Shown here in pieces: positions 18,320 to 26,932 of a stretch of 27,872 nucleotides of DNA. Numbering within the stretch: position 1 is the first letter of the stretch; each line of letters begins with the position of its first letter. A program made the position numbers and the translations under genes. Where the stretch lies: contig CAYNQI010000013.1 of NCBI GenBank assembly GCA_964399335.1, positions 1 to 27,872 of the forward strand, read 5' to 3'. Origin of the DNA: an uncultured Thermoplasmata archaeon. Lineage in GTDB: Archaea > Thermoplasmatota > Thermoplasmata > Halarchaeoplasmatales > Halarchaeoplasmataceae. Below the pieces are notes generated by a model. That model searched no databases. It saw only the letters and a list, made by a program, of their open reading frames with translations, and had not been told where the DNA came from.

Positions 18320-18339
18320 CTGGTTTTCTTATTTTTACA
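18078..18339 (+). ncRNA. Candidate TnpB omegaRNA (reRNA/sotRNA) scaffold plus flank-derived guide
   Basis: TATA-like TTATATA (18046-18052) inside the element, several stems, the right-end hairpin and a T-rich 3' flank. Inferred, not demonstrated. Confidence 0.4.
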
Positions 18340-19934
18340 TAGATAGCGATTATTGTACCTATAATCATGATCCCAACTATAAAAAAGAACCACCACTCAG
18401 TTATGACAGGTATTATAGGCGACGTAGTTTCATCTGTACCATCATGATCATCATTAACGGATATTTGGAGTGGATCTGAGGTAGGTCCCTCACCGATTTC
18501 ATTTGATGCACTTAAAGTGTATGTAACTTGTCCAGATGCATCAAGGTCAGTAAAAACAGTTTCATCTGTTTCCCCTATCAATTCTCCATTCCTGTAAATG
18601 TTATATTTTGTTATAGGAGCTCCACCGTCGTCCATGGGTTCAGACCACTTTATTTCAACTTGCGGTTCTATAGAAACTATATTGACTTCTCTTACTTTAG
18701 AAGGTTCAACAGGAGATTCACGAGGTGTTAAATATATAGGTGTGCTGAAAGAACTCTCCCCGTGAACGTTTGAAGCAGTTATTTTGTATGTGTATGTTAC
18801 TTCGTTGTTAACTTCGGTATCCACATATTCTAGTGTGTCCGGAGAAAGATCCGCGATGATCTCTAAGTCATCGTTGGAGGAACGGTAAAGATCGTATCTT
18901 TCTATAGGATCTAGACCATGAAAACGTGGTGGATCCCATCTTATCTTAGTTCTTTCATCTTCTGAACTCCCTCTTACATTTTCTGGATGGGAAGGGACTT
19001 CAACTCCTGCAGCAAGATAAGCATTAACTAAACCGTATCCATAATAATCCGGATTCCCTAGGTCGATAGCCTGTTCATTGATCCTATCTCTTATTTGTCG
19101 ACCATCTAATCCGGGATTTGCTCCCATCATGATAGCCGCTGTACCGGCTACAAAAGGAGTTGCCATGGAAGTACCGATTTTATAACCATATTCACCACCG
19201 GGGATCGTCGAGAGGATTTTCTTATCCGTATCCCCTCCTGGTGCCGTAAGGTCTAACCAATCCCCATAATTACTGTAACCTGTTTTCTCTTTTTCATGAT
19301 CGACGGCTGATACGGCTGCGGTAGAATCATAGGCTGCTGGGTAATTCTCTGAATCTGTGGCATCGTTTCCGGCTGCAGCGGTCATATAGAGTCCATCGTT
19401 GTAAGCTTGATTCAACTGGATTTCAAAAGCACGACCCATAGGACTGCCATCCGCACCAAAACTCATCGATATGATGTCAGCACCGTTTTCCCTAGCGAAC
19501 CTTAACGCTTTAGACACTTCCTGCCATCTACCTCCTTTTTCCTCTATCACTTTTAAAGCCATAAGTTCAGCATCAGGAGCAACACTGGCTATTATACCTG
19601 CTACGTGAGTACCGTGCCCGTCATTGTCCATGGGGTCTTCATCATCATTCACAAAATCATAACCTATACCATCCCACATCTTATCTTCTAGATCCGGATG
19701 AGTGTAATCTATACCTGTATCTAAAACTGCGATCCTCACTCCTTCTCCTGTTTCACCTAGATCGTGAGCCAGATCGGCCCCGACCATCTTCCATGCCCAG
19801 TCATCACCCGGGTAGGGATATGTACTGTTGGATTGAATGGGATGTGAGGGTTCATGAGATTGTGCAATATTCAGACTGAGGATAGGCATCAATAGTAAAA
19901 TTGATATCAGAATAACAATGAATTTCTTATCCAT
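18186..19934 (-). CDS. Membrane-anchored S8 subtilase with two Fn3-like domains; last 44 aa derive from the inserted element
   Basis: Catalytic triad motifs VLDTGID, HGTHVAG and GTSMATP; signal peptide; C-terminal TM followed by KIRK. Confidence 0.92.
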   Translation of the reverse strand: MDKKFIVILISILLLMPILSLNIAQSHEPSHPIQSNSTYPYPGDDWAWKMVGADLAHDLGETGEGVRIAVLDTGIDYTHPDLEDKMWDGIGYDFVNDDEDPMDNDGHGTHVAGIIASVAPDAELMALKVIEEKGGRWQEVSKALRFARENGADIISMSFGADGSPMGRAFEIQLNQAYNDGLYMTAAAGNDATDSENYPAAYDSTAAVSAVDHEKEKTGYSNYGDWLDLTAPGGDTDKKILSTIPGGEYGYKIGTSMATPFVAGTAAIMMGANPGLDGRQIRDRINEQAIDLGNPDYYGYGLVNAYLAAGVEVPSHPENVRGSSEDERTKIRWDPPRFHGLDPIERYDLYRSSNDDLEIIADLSPDTLEYVDTEVNNEVTYTYKITASNVHGESSFSTPIYLTPRESPVEPSKVREVNIVSIEPQVEIKWSEPMDDGGAPITKYNIYRNGELIGETDETVFTDLDASGQVTYTLSASNEIGEGPTSDPLQISVNDDHDGTDETTSPIIPVITEWWFFFIVGIMIIGTIIAIYVKIRKPGDILPHGRAVGLPYRQDENILSLWSSKGYDRRAKAVPRYRYSYP

Positions 19935-20042
19935 TATATCACATATATAGTTGTAAAATACAAGATTATCCGGTAAAAACCTTTCTCCTATAAGTGAATA
20001 TTTATCAAAAGCTTTATAGAAAGATACGAGATAAGAAAATCG

Positions 20043-20672
20043 ATGAACTTGCTCAAGGAAGCAAATTATTACTTCATAACCGACGAAAAAATCGAGCTAT
20101 CTCCAGTAGAACAGGTTGAAATAGCAGTAAATCAGGGTGTCAAGATAGTCCAGTATCGAAGGAAGAACGTATCCGGAAAAACTTTGTATGAAGAGGCTTC
20201 CCAGATCGCAGACATTTGTAAGGATAAAGCACTTTTCATAGTCAATGACAGGATAGATATCGCACAAGCAGTGGATGCAGACGGTGTTCATCTGGGCCAG
20301 GATGATTTACCATATAAAGTAGGTAGAGAGTTAGTAGAGGATATGATATTGGGCGTATCCACCCATAATTTAGAACAGGCTTTAGAGGTTGAGGGGGTGG
20401 CGGATTATATAGGGATAGGTCCGGTTCATTCCACGGAAACCAAACGGGATAAATGGAAGGAACTTGGGATCCAGGGAGCTCTTGAGATAGCAGAAAAGGT
20501 AAATGTTCCTACCACTGCCATCGGAGGGATAAGTTATGATGACTTGGAACCACTTTCTAGATCATTCGACATGGTATGTGCGATATCCAGTGTGACCCGT
20601 ACTGAAAACATTTCTAAGTCTATAAGAAAATTTGAAATGGACTTTAAGAAGCTTAAGAGGAGTTTATCATGA
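20043..20672 (+). CDS. thiE: Thiamine-phosphate synthase
   Basis: VQYRRK, FIVNDRIDIA, ADGVHLGQDD, GVSTH, DYIGIGP and AIGGI motifs. Confidence 0.93.
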   Translation: MNLLKEANYYFITDEKIELSPVEQVEIAVNQGVKIVQYRRKNVSGKTLYEEASQIADICKDKALFIVNDRIDIAQAVDADGVHLGQDDLPYKVGRELVEDMILGVSTHNLEQALEVEGVADYIGIGPVHSTETKRDKWKELGIQGALEIAEKVNVPTTAIGGISYDDLEPLSRSFDMVCAISSVTRTENISKSIRKFEMDFKKLKRSLS

Positions 20673-21607
20673 AGATCGATGAATTGGGAGAATTCGGGCT
20701 GATAGACCGATTCGCTGAAAGAGTGGAAGATAAAGAAGGACTTATAAAAGGTATAGGAGACGATTGTGCAGTATTGGACGATGGTGACACGTATACCTTG
20801 ATGACCACTGATATGCTTGTTTCTGGAGATCACTTTAATAGAGATTGGCATACTCCAAAACAGATCGGTAGTAAATCTATCGTGGTGAATATATCAGATA
20901 TCGCAGCCATGGGAGGTTATCCAGAGTGGGGATTGGTTTCTATCGCACTTCCAGATGATATAGATGTAGAGTATCTCGACGAGATATACAGCGGGATGCT
21001 GGAAGCATCGAAAGAATATGATCTTACGATCATAGGTGGTGATACCACTCATGGAGACATCTTAGTCATCAACGTGGTTGTTATCGGAAAGGTGGAAAAA
21101 GAAAATCTATGTTTGAGAGGGGATGCGGAAGTCGGCGATTTCGTTTGTGTTACCGGCGATCTCGGCAAAAGCTGGGCCGGTTTGGATCTACTCAGAGCTG
21201 GAAAAGAGGGATACACGGGATATCATCTAGAACCGAAGTGTAGACTCGAAGAAGGAAGAAAGCTAGCACCACATGTCAACGCGATGATAGATGTAAGTGA
21301 CGGGCTAGCCTCAGAGGTTAATCATATCTGTAGAGAAAGCAACGTCGGTGCGTTGATCGATAAAGATAAGGTCCCGATCTCAGAGAAAACTAAAGGGGCT
21401 GCTAGAACACTTGATAAAGATCCTATGTTCTGGGCATTATCTGGTGGAGAGGATTTTGAACTGGTTTTTACCATCCCTAAAGAAAAAATATCACTGATCC
21501 AAGAGATAGATCACGTCGTTGTTGGTGAGATCACAGAAGAAGGTGTATATCTTGTGGATGGTGAAAAAACAGAATTAAAAGGTGGTTACGATCACTTTAA
21601 AAATTGA
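20669..21607 (+). CDS. thiL: Thiamine-monophosphate kinase
   Basis: GEFGLI, GIGDDCA, VNISDIAAMGG, GGDT, IDVSDGL and SGGEDFEL motifs; ATGA overlap with thiE. Confidence 0.94.
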   Translation: MKIDELGEFGLIDRFAERVEDKEGLIKGIGDDCAVLDDGDTYTLMTTDMLVSGDHFNRDWHTPKQIGSKSIVVNISDIAAMGGYPEWGLVSIALPDDIDVEYLDEIYSGMLEASKEYDLTIIGGDTTHGDILVINVVVIGKVEKENLCLRGDAEVGDFVCVTGDLGKSWAGLDLLRAGKEGYTGYHLEPKCRLEEGRKLAPHVNAMIDVSDGLASEVNHICRESNVGALIDKDKVPISEKTKGAARTLDKDPMFWALSGGEDFELVFTIPKEKISLIQEIDHVVVGEITEEGVYLVDGEKTELKGGYDHFKN

Positions 21608-22078
21608 TCATAACTCTTTTCTTTTTTTCTCTAAGTACGTGTCATAACCTTTGTTATTCCAAAAATTTAAAGCAACTAGATTGGCTGGAGAAACTGTAAG
21701 AACAGCTAGTTTGACCCCTCTATTTTTTATCCACATTTCAGCAGCTTCGACTAAAGTACTTCCGATACCCTTACCTCTTTCATCATTTTTAACGAAAAGA
21801 TCCAGTATCAAACCAACATCTCTCTTCGCAAAAAATGGTGGTCTTTTTCTAAGTACGGTATTAACGAATCCCACCAATTCATCATCCTTATCTGCCACAA
21901 AAGTTACCATACCCTCTTTCTCGATGCCTTCTTTTATGAAATCCTTATATCTTTCCCTTGGGTTATAAGCGAGTTCATAGCCGTCCATGATCTCTTCGTG
22001 CATACGTGCTAGGTCGTACCACATGTCAGCTAGTTCTTCTATCTCGTATTTCCTAACTTGACGGATATTGAGTCTCAT
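21608..22078 (-). CDS. GNAT family N-acetyltransferase
   Basis: DLFVKNDERGKGIGSTLV (motif A) and N..ALNFW..KGY. Confidence 0.9.
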   Translation of the reverse strand: MRLNIRQVRKYEIEELADMWYDLARMHEEIMDGYELAYNPRERYKDFIKEGIEKEGMVTFVADKDDELVGFVNTVLRKRPPFFAKRDVGLILDLFVKNDERGKGIGSTLVEAAEMWIKNRGVKLAVLTVSPANLVALNFWNNKGYDTYLEKKRKEL

Positions 22079-22131
22079 CAACCTACAAATACATATACCG
22101 CCCTATATATCTCTAATTGAGGGTCTCTAAG

Positions 22132-22147
22132 GATAAAACTATAAATA
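22132..22147 (+). promoter_or_regulatory. BRE/TATA promoter of tuf
   Basis: GATAAAAC-TATAAATA upstream of tuf; GGAGG SD at 22181-22185. Confidence 0.55.
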
Positions 22148-22193
22148 TGGAAAGTCATTAGGGACAAAAAGATAGTTATTGGAGGCATAAACA

Positions 22194-23471
22194 ATGGCAG
22201 AAAAACCACATCTAAATCTTGTATTCATAGGTCACGTGGACCATGGTAAGTCCACTTTAGTAGGTCGTACTCTGTTCGAAACAGGGGCTATCAAAGAGCA
22301 CGTGATCAACGAATACAAAAAGAAAGCTGAAGAGAAAGGAAAAGGTACATTCGCGTTCGCATGGGAAATGGATCAGTTGGAAGAAGAAAGGGAAAGAGGA
22401 TTGACCATAGACGTCATGCATAAAAGATTCGACACGGATAAGTACTATTTCACGATCATAGACGCTCCAGGTCATAGAGATTTTGTTAAAAACATGATCA
22501 CAGGTACAAGTCAGGCTGACGCTGCAGTTCTAGTAGTTGCAGCCCCCGAAGGACCGATGGCCCAGACAAGGGAGCACACTTTCCTAGCAAGGACTCTTGG
22601 TGTAGACCAACTGATAATCGCTGTAAACAAGATGGATGCAACCCAACCGGAATTCAGTGAGGATCGTTTCAAAAAGGTAAAAGATGAGATAACAAAACTC
22701 TTGAACTCCGTTGGTTACAGAAACGAACAATTCCAGATAGTACCTATAAGTGCTTTGAAAGGTCACAATGTAACACGCAGCAGTGATGACATCTCATGGT
22801 GGGATGGAGAGACATTCCTGCAATGTATCAACAACCTGAAAGCACCAGAAAAGCCGGTAGACAAACCACTAAGATTACCTATACAGGATGTATATTCCAT
22901 CACCGGTATCGGAACGGTTCCTGTTGGTAGGGTTGAAACTGGTATCATGAGACCAGGTGATAAGATTCATTTCATGCCATCTAACGTAACTGGAGAAGTA
23001 AAATCTATCGAACAGCACCATGAAGAATTACCAAAAGCAGAACCTGGTGACAACGTAGGTTTCAATGTTAGAGGTGTAGGTAAGAACGATATCAGGAGAG
23101 GCGACGTAGCCGGTCCTGTAGATGATCCACCAACAGTTGCAGAAACATTCGATGCTAGAATAATCGTACTTGACCATCCAAGTGTTATAACACAAGGATA
23201 CACACCGGTGTTCCATGCACATACCTCTCAGGTAGCATGTACATTCATAGAGATCAAACAGAAACTCAATCCAAAGACAGGTGAAGTCGTCGAAGAGAAT
23301 CCGGACTTCATCAAGAACGGGGATGCAGCAGTTGTAACTGTAAAACCCACGAGGAATCTCTCGCTAGAAAGAGTAGAGGACTTCCCGGAAATGGGTAGAT
23401 TCGCTATCAGAGATATGGGTCAAACGGTAGCTGCTGGTCAGTGTATCGATATAAACGAAAAGGAGATGTAA
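22194..23471 (+). CDS. tuf: Translation elongation factor EF-1alpha
   Basis: [23 protein letters not shown] and NKMD motifs; archaeal-type C-terminus. Confidence 0.98.
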   Translation: MAEKPHLNLVFIGHVDHGKSTLVGRTLFETGAIKEHVINEYKKKAEEKGKGTFAFAWEMDQLEEERERGLTIDVMHKRFDTDKYYFTIIDAPGHRDFVKNMITGTSQADAAVLVVAAPEGPMAQTREHTFLARTLGVDQLIIAVNKMDATQPEFSEDRFKKVKDEITKLLNSVGYRNEQFQIVPISALKGHNVTRSSDDISWWDGETFLQCINNLKAPEKPVDKPLRLPIQDVYSITGIGTVPVGRVETGIMRPGDKIHFMPSNVTGEVKSIEQHHEELPKAEPGDNVGFNVRGVGKNDIRRGDVAGPVDDPPTVAETFDARIIVLDHPSVITQGYTPVFHAHTSQVACTFIEIKQKLNPKTGEVVEENPDFIKNGDAAVVTVKPTRNLSLERVEDFPEMGRFAIRDMGQTVAAGQCIDINEKEM

Positions 23472-23517
23472 AAACCCATCTCCCCTTTAACCCCTTTAAT
23501 TTAAAGAGGAAGTTTTT

Positions 23518-23829
23518 ATGGCACAGAGAGCAAGGATATCATTAAGCGGTACCGATACGAAAAAGGTAGATGAGATATGTGGTCAGATCAAGCAGATCTC
23601 TGAAAGAACAGGTGTAGAGTTAAAAGGACCTATTCCCTTACCGACAAAAAAGTTGGTAGTTCCAGTAAGAAAAGCTCCTGATGGAGAAGGTTGCGAAACC
23701 TGGGAACGATGGGAGATGAGAGTCCATAAAAGGCTCATCGACATCGATGCCGATGAAAGAGCTCTAAGACAACTCATGCGTATACAGGTACCTGACGAAG
23801 TACACATCGAGATCGTACTTCGAAATTAA
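23518..23829 (+). CDS. rpsJ: 30S ribosomal protein S10 (uS10)
   Basis: GPIPLPT and [11 protein letters not shown] motifs. Confidence 0.98.
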   Translation: MAQRARISLSGTDTKKVDEICGQIKQISERTGVELKGPIPLPTKKLVVPVRKAPDGEGCETWERWEMRVHKRLIDIDADERALRQLMRIQVPDEVHIEIVLRN

Positions 23830-23922
23830 AACCCATTTTCTTCTTAATTAATAATACGTAACTAGATTAACATCTTTAGAATTTGAGAGTGGATGCCTTT
23901 GCGTATTCACTCACGTTCATTC

Positions 23923-24250
23923 GTGGGCCATAGATAGTATCAGAGCACAGCTCTAGATATCTATGCACCCACTCAATCGCAAAAGCTCATTCAAGGGCCC
24001 ATAGATCAGTTCGGAAGATCGCGACCTTTGCAAGGTTGAGGCCGTGGGTTCAAATCCCACTGGGTCCATTTTTCGCTTCGCTCAAATGTCCCCAGTGGCA
24101 TTTGAAAACTGTGAGGAATAAATTCCTCACGCTCGGCAATTTTCTTCGAAAATTCCCTCGTCCCACTGGGCCACTAATCATAGATTAGTGGTAAGTTAGA
24201 ATACGTCAGTATTAGGACGAATAAATTTACTCCGTTCATTTATTTGTCCT
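23923..24250. repeat. Hairpin cluster with direct and inverted copies of tRNA-Ala ends
   Basis: 5'-end copies at 23925-23935 (direct) and 23959-23970 (inverted); 3'-end copies at 24091-24106 (inverted, 15/16) and 24161-24173 (direct); hairpins at 24111-24130, 24138-24154, 24171-24191 and 24214-24250. Confidence 0.7.
23995..24068 (+). tRNA. tRNA-Ala (anticodon TGC), intronless, CCA not encoded
   Basis: Full cloverleaf: GGGCCCA/TGGGTCC acceptor with G3:U70, GATC/GATC D stem, loop TT-TGC-AA and GTGGG-TTCAAAT-CCCAC T arm. Confidence 0.97.
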
Positions 24251-24363
24251 TATCCTCGATATTGTTAACGATTCTAAAAAAAGTAATACATCTATTTACT
24301 AGATTTGAGGGGTAAATATAAATATGCGTTCATTATCGCCTCACTTGATAGGTGAAACATCCC

Positions 24364-24534
24364 ATGGAAGAAGATATCTGCTCTATCGAAATAGTAAGGA
24401 ACAATGATATACTAAAAGCCAAAGTCCAACTGGATAAAGGAAGATACGAGGAGTATGAGAATGAGAATATGGAGTATCTTCTAGAGATGGTCTATGACGA
24501 CATCCAGATGGAAGTAAGAGAGGATTACTGGTAA
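24364..24534 (+). CDS. Small acidic hypothetical protein
   Basis: AGGTGA SD (24350-24355) 8 nt before ATG 24364; 56 aa. Confidence 0.65.
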   Translation: MEEDICSIEIVRNNDILKAKVQLDKGRYEEYENENMEYLLEMVYDDIQMEVREDYW

Positions 24535-24637
24535 ATATATTATAGAGGTATATACAAACCAATTTTTCTTAAACGTTGCGTAAATTATTTTAATAGAGCT
24601 CCTATTATCATTTAACCTGTTCCTCAGGGTGGTTGAT

Positions 24638-25135
24638 ATGCCAGAAGATAAAATTAAATATTTCGCTTATGGAAGTAACCTTAATATAGATCAAATGAAG
24701 GTAAGAGGTGCCAATATCTATAGTATGGATAAAGCAAAATTACCCGGTTGGAAACTTGCTTTTACTTTTAAGTCATCAAATAGAGGGGGTGGTGTTTTAG
24801 ATATAATACCTGGAGATGTTGATGATCTTGTGAAGGGAGTTGTCTACACCATCGATTTTGAGAGCCTAGAGAAACTAGATGAATTTGAAGGAAGAGAGAT
24901 CCAAGATAACAGAGAAGTAGGGATTTACAGAAGACAATACATACCAGTAATTCTAGGAAATAATTGTAAAACAGTTCTTACTTACGTTGTGAATCGAATA
25001 CTGGAGTATAAAAAGAAAACACATTTTCCTCCATCGGAAGAATACATAGAAACTGTGATAAATGGAGCTGAAAGCCACGATTTAGATGTTGATTATATAG
25101 ATAAGTTGAAAAAGTTTCAGGACCCTGAAAAATAA
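24638..25135 (+). CDS. Gamma-glutamylcyclotransferase family protein
   Basis: YFAYGSNL, VKGVVY, LDEFEG and P.EEY motifs. The track start is GTG 24629. Confidence 0.9.
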   Translation: MPEDKIKYFAYGSNLNIDQMKVRGANIYSMDKAKLPGWKLAFTFKSSNRGGGVLDIIPGDVDDLVKGVVYTIDFESLEKLDEFEGREIQDNREVGIYRRQYIPVILGNNCKTVLTYVVNRILEYKKKTHFPPSEEYIETVINGAESHDLDVDYIDKLKKFQDPEK

Positions 25136-25220
25136 AGTTAAAAGATATAATCTTAGAAATAAACATTATTTTTGCACAATCTATTTATTCAGTTGATTAT
25201 TAACATTATCTGTGAGGACC

Positions 25221-26255
25221 ATGCTCGAAAATACTGATAAATTAAAAGAGTTAGATAGTCAACACATGCTAGGTACTTTAGAAGAATTTCCGGAGCAGAT
25301 AGAAAAAGTTGTTGAAAAGCTGGATATCAATTTACTACCCTTTCATCCCTCCGAGATCGTGGTCACAGGGATGGGAGGTTCTGCCATAGTGGGTGACATC
25401 TTAAAGAGTTTTTTAGCTAACCGGGTAACCATACCTATACATGTGAACAAGGATTACACGTTACCTTCTTTCGTTAACCAGGATACTTTGGTATTCGTGG
25501 TTTCCTACTCAGGGAACACGGAAGAAACTTTGAGTGCTGCCAAGATAGCACTCAAAAAAGGTGCCAAAGTCGTTGGCATAAGTTCTGATGGAGATTTGGA
25601 AAAACTCTGTGAAGAGAAAGGCGTGGTCTTCATCAAAGCTCCAGAAGGTTATCATCCTAGAGCTGCTATAGCTTTCATGTTTATACCTATTTTAAAGATC
25701 TTAACTGAGATGCTTATCTATGATTCAGACGTTGCCATTATAGACACCGTTGAAGAATTGAAAAAGTTAAGAGACAGGATAAAGTGTGAAGTTCCAACCG
25801 AAGAAAATCCAGCTAAAAGGATAGCGAAGAAAATTAAAGGTAAGATCCCGGTTATTTATGGGCATTCGATTTACAACGCAGTTGCCAACAGATGGCACAC
25901 TCAGATCAACGAAAATGCAGAGGTCATGGCTTGGTACGGAGCTTTTCCAGAGATGAATCACAACGAGATAGTGGGTTGGAAAGGTGATGACAAGGCCAAA
26001 GACTTCATCCCTATACTTTTAAGGCATAAAGATGAGGACGAAAGGATAGATCGGAGGATAGAATTGACCAAGGAGTTGGTCTTCGAAAATAAATGTAGTG
26101 ATATTATAGAACTCTATGCAGAAGGGGAAACCCAGCTTGCTAGAATCCTTTATTTGATCTATTTCGGAGATTATATCAGCATCTATCTGGCACTATTATA
26201 TGGTCGAGATCCATCTCCGGTAAAAATAATCGACGAACTCAAAAAGAGATTGTAA
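25221..26255 (+). CDS. Bifunctional phosphoglucose/phosphomannose isomerase
   Basis: GMGGSAI, SYSGNTEET, PRAA, QINENA and PEMNHNEI motifs. The track start is GTG 25212. Confidence 0.92.
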   Translation: MLENTDKLKELDSQHMLGTLEEFPEQIEKVVEKLDINLLPFHPSEIVVTGMGGSAIVGDILKSFLANRVTIPIHVNKDYTLPSFVNQDTLVFVVSYSGNTEETLSAAKIALKKGAKVVGISSDGDLEKLCEEKGVVFIKAPEGYHPRAAIAFMFIPILKILTEMLIYDSDVAIIDTVEELKKLRDRIKCEVPTEENPAKRIAKKIKGKIPVIYGHSIYNAVANRWHTQINENAEVMAWYGAFPEMNHNEIVGWKGDDKAKDFIPILLRHKDEDERIDRRIELTKELVFENKCSDIIELYAEGETQLARILYLIYFGDYISIYLALLYGRDPSPVKIIDELKKRL

Positions 26256-26258
26256 AAC

Positions 26259-26756
26259 TTATTTGAACATGCCGTCTCCTACATGATGGAGACTCTTGAC
26301 GACCTTACCATCATCAGATTCGATCATGGTTACACCATCAGTCATAGCTCTACCCACGGCTAATGGTTTTTTATGATCTACATCCCTTATCCAGACCAGA
26401 TCACCTTCTTGAATGTTCTTATCGGCATCTACTATACCGGGTGCCATGATATCCGCACCGTTGTAAACGAACCTTACAGCACCCATATCTACGGTAACGA
26501 AAGCACGATCGGCATCGGTTTTCAACAAACCATCTATTGTTGGGAATATCTCATCATTAAAATAGGCCGCCACAGGTTTTTTCTTCATCAATAGAACTTT
26601 GCCGTCAGGGGAATCTGCAATATCAACTCGATCATCTAGACCGAAGGGTGAATCACCGAGGTAATCTTCTAGATACTTTGAATACTCTTCAAGCTTTTTA
26701 TTTTTCAAGCGGTGTTGGTTTTTGTAAGCCATCATGGGTTGAATTATTTGTGACAT
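26259..26756 (-). CDS. PUA-domain RNA-binding protein (DUF1947/MCTS1-like)
   Basis: VTVDMGAVRFV.NGADIMAPGI and KPLAVG..G..V...HHVGD. The start may be at 26735 or 26732. Confidence 0.9.
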   Translation of the reverse strand: MSQIIQPMMAYKNQHRLKNKKLEEYSKYLEDYLGDSPFGLDDRVDIADSPDGKVLLMKKKPVAAYFNDEIFPTIDGLLKTDADRAFVTVDMGAVRFVYNGADIMAPGIVDADKNIQEGDLVWIRDVDHKKPLAVGRAMTDGVTMIESDDGKVVKSLHHVGDGMFK

Positions 26757-26932
26757 ATTTATCCTTTGGGAGGTAGAAAACCTAAAATTTCACAATAATA
26801 TCGATTAGTATAATGTTGATTATTGTTGGTCTGTTATATTCTCTCCATGGATATAAATTAAAAAGTGAAAAAAACAACAATCAAATATTAGTATTAGAAA
26901 CGTTCATGGAACCTGATTGAAGACTGAGAGAC

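Noticed and set aside
23469-23845. AAAACCCAT after both the tuf and rpsJ stops
   Set aside because: Short, followed by pyrimidine tracts; consistent with ordinary terminator-like or spacer sequence.
24069-25135. Integrated island at tRNA-Ala
   Set aside because: The 3'-end duplicate is only about 100 bp away and encloses no ORF; no integrase is present.
1054-26594. Remaining short ORFs overlapping larger genes (e.g. 1054-1350, 5287-5706, 6854-7153, 12072-12359, 20534-20851, 21651-21968)
   Set aside because: Antisense or alternate-frame shadows of well-supported genes.
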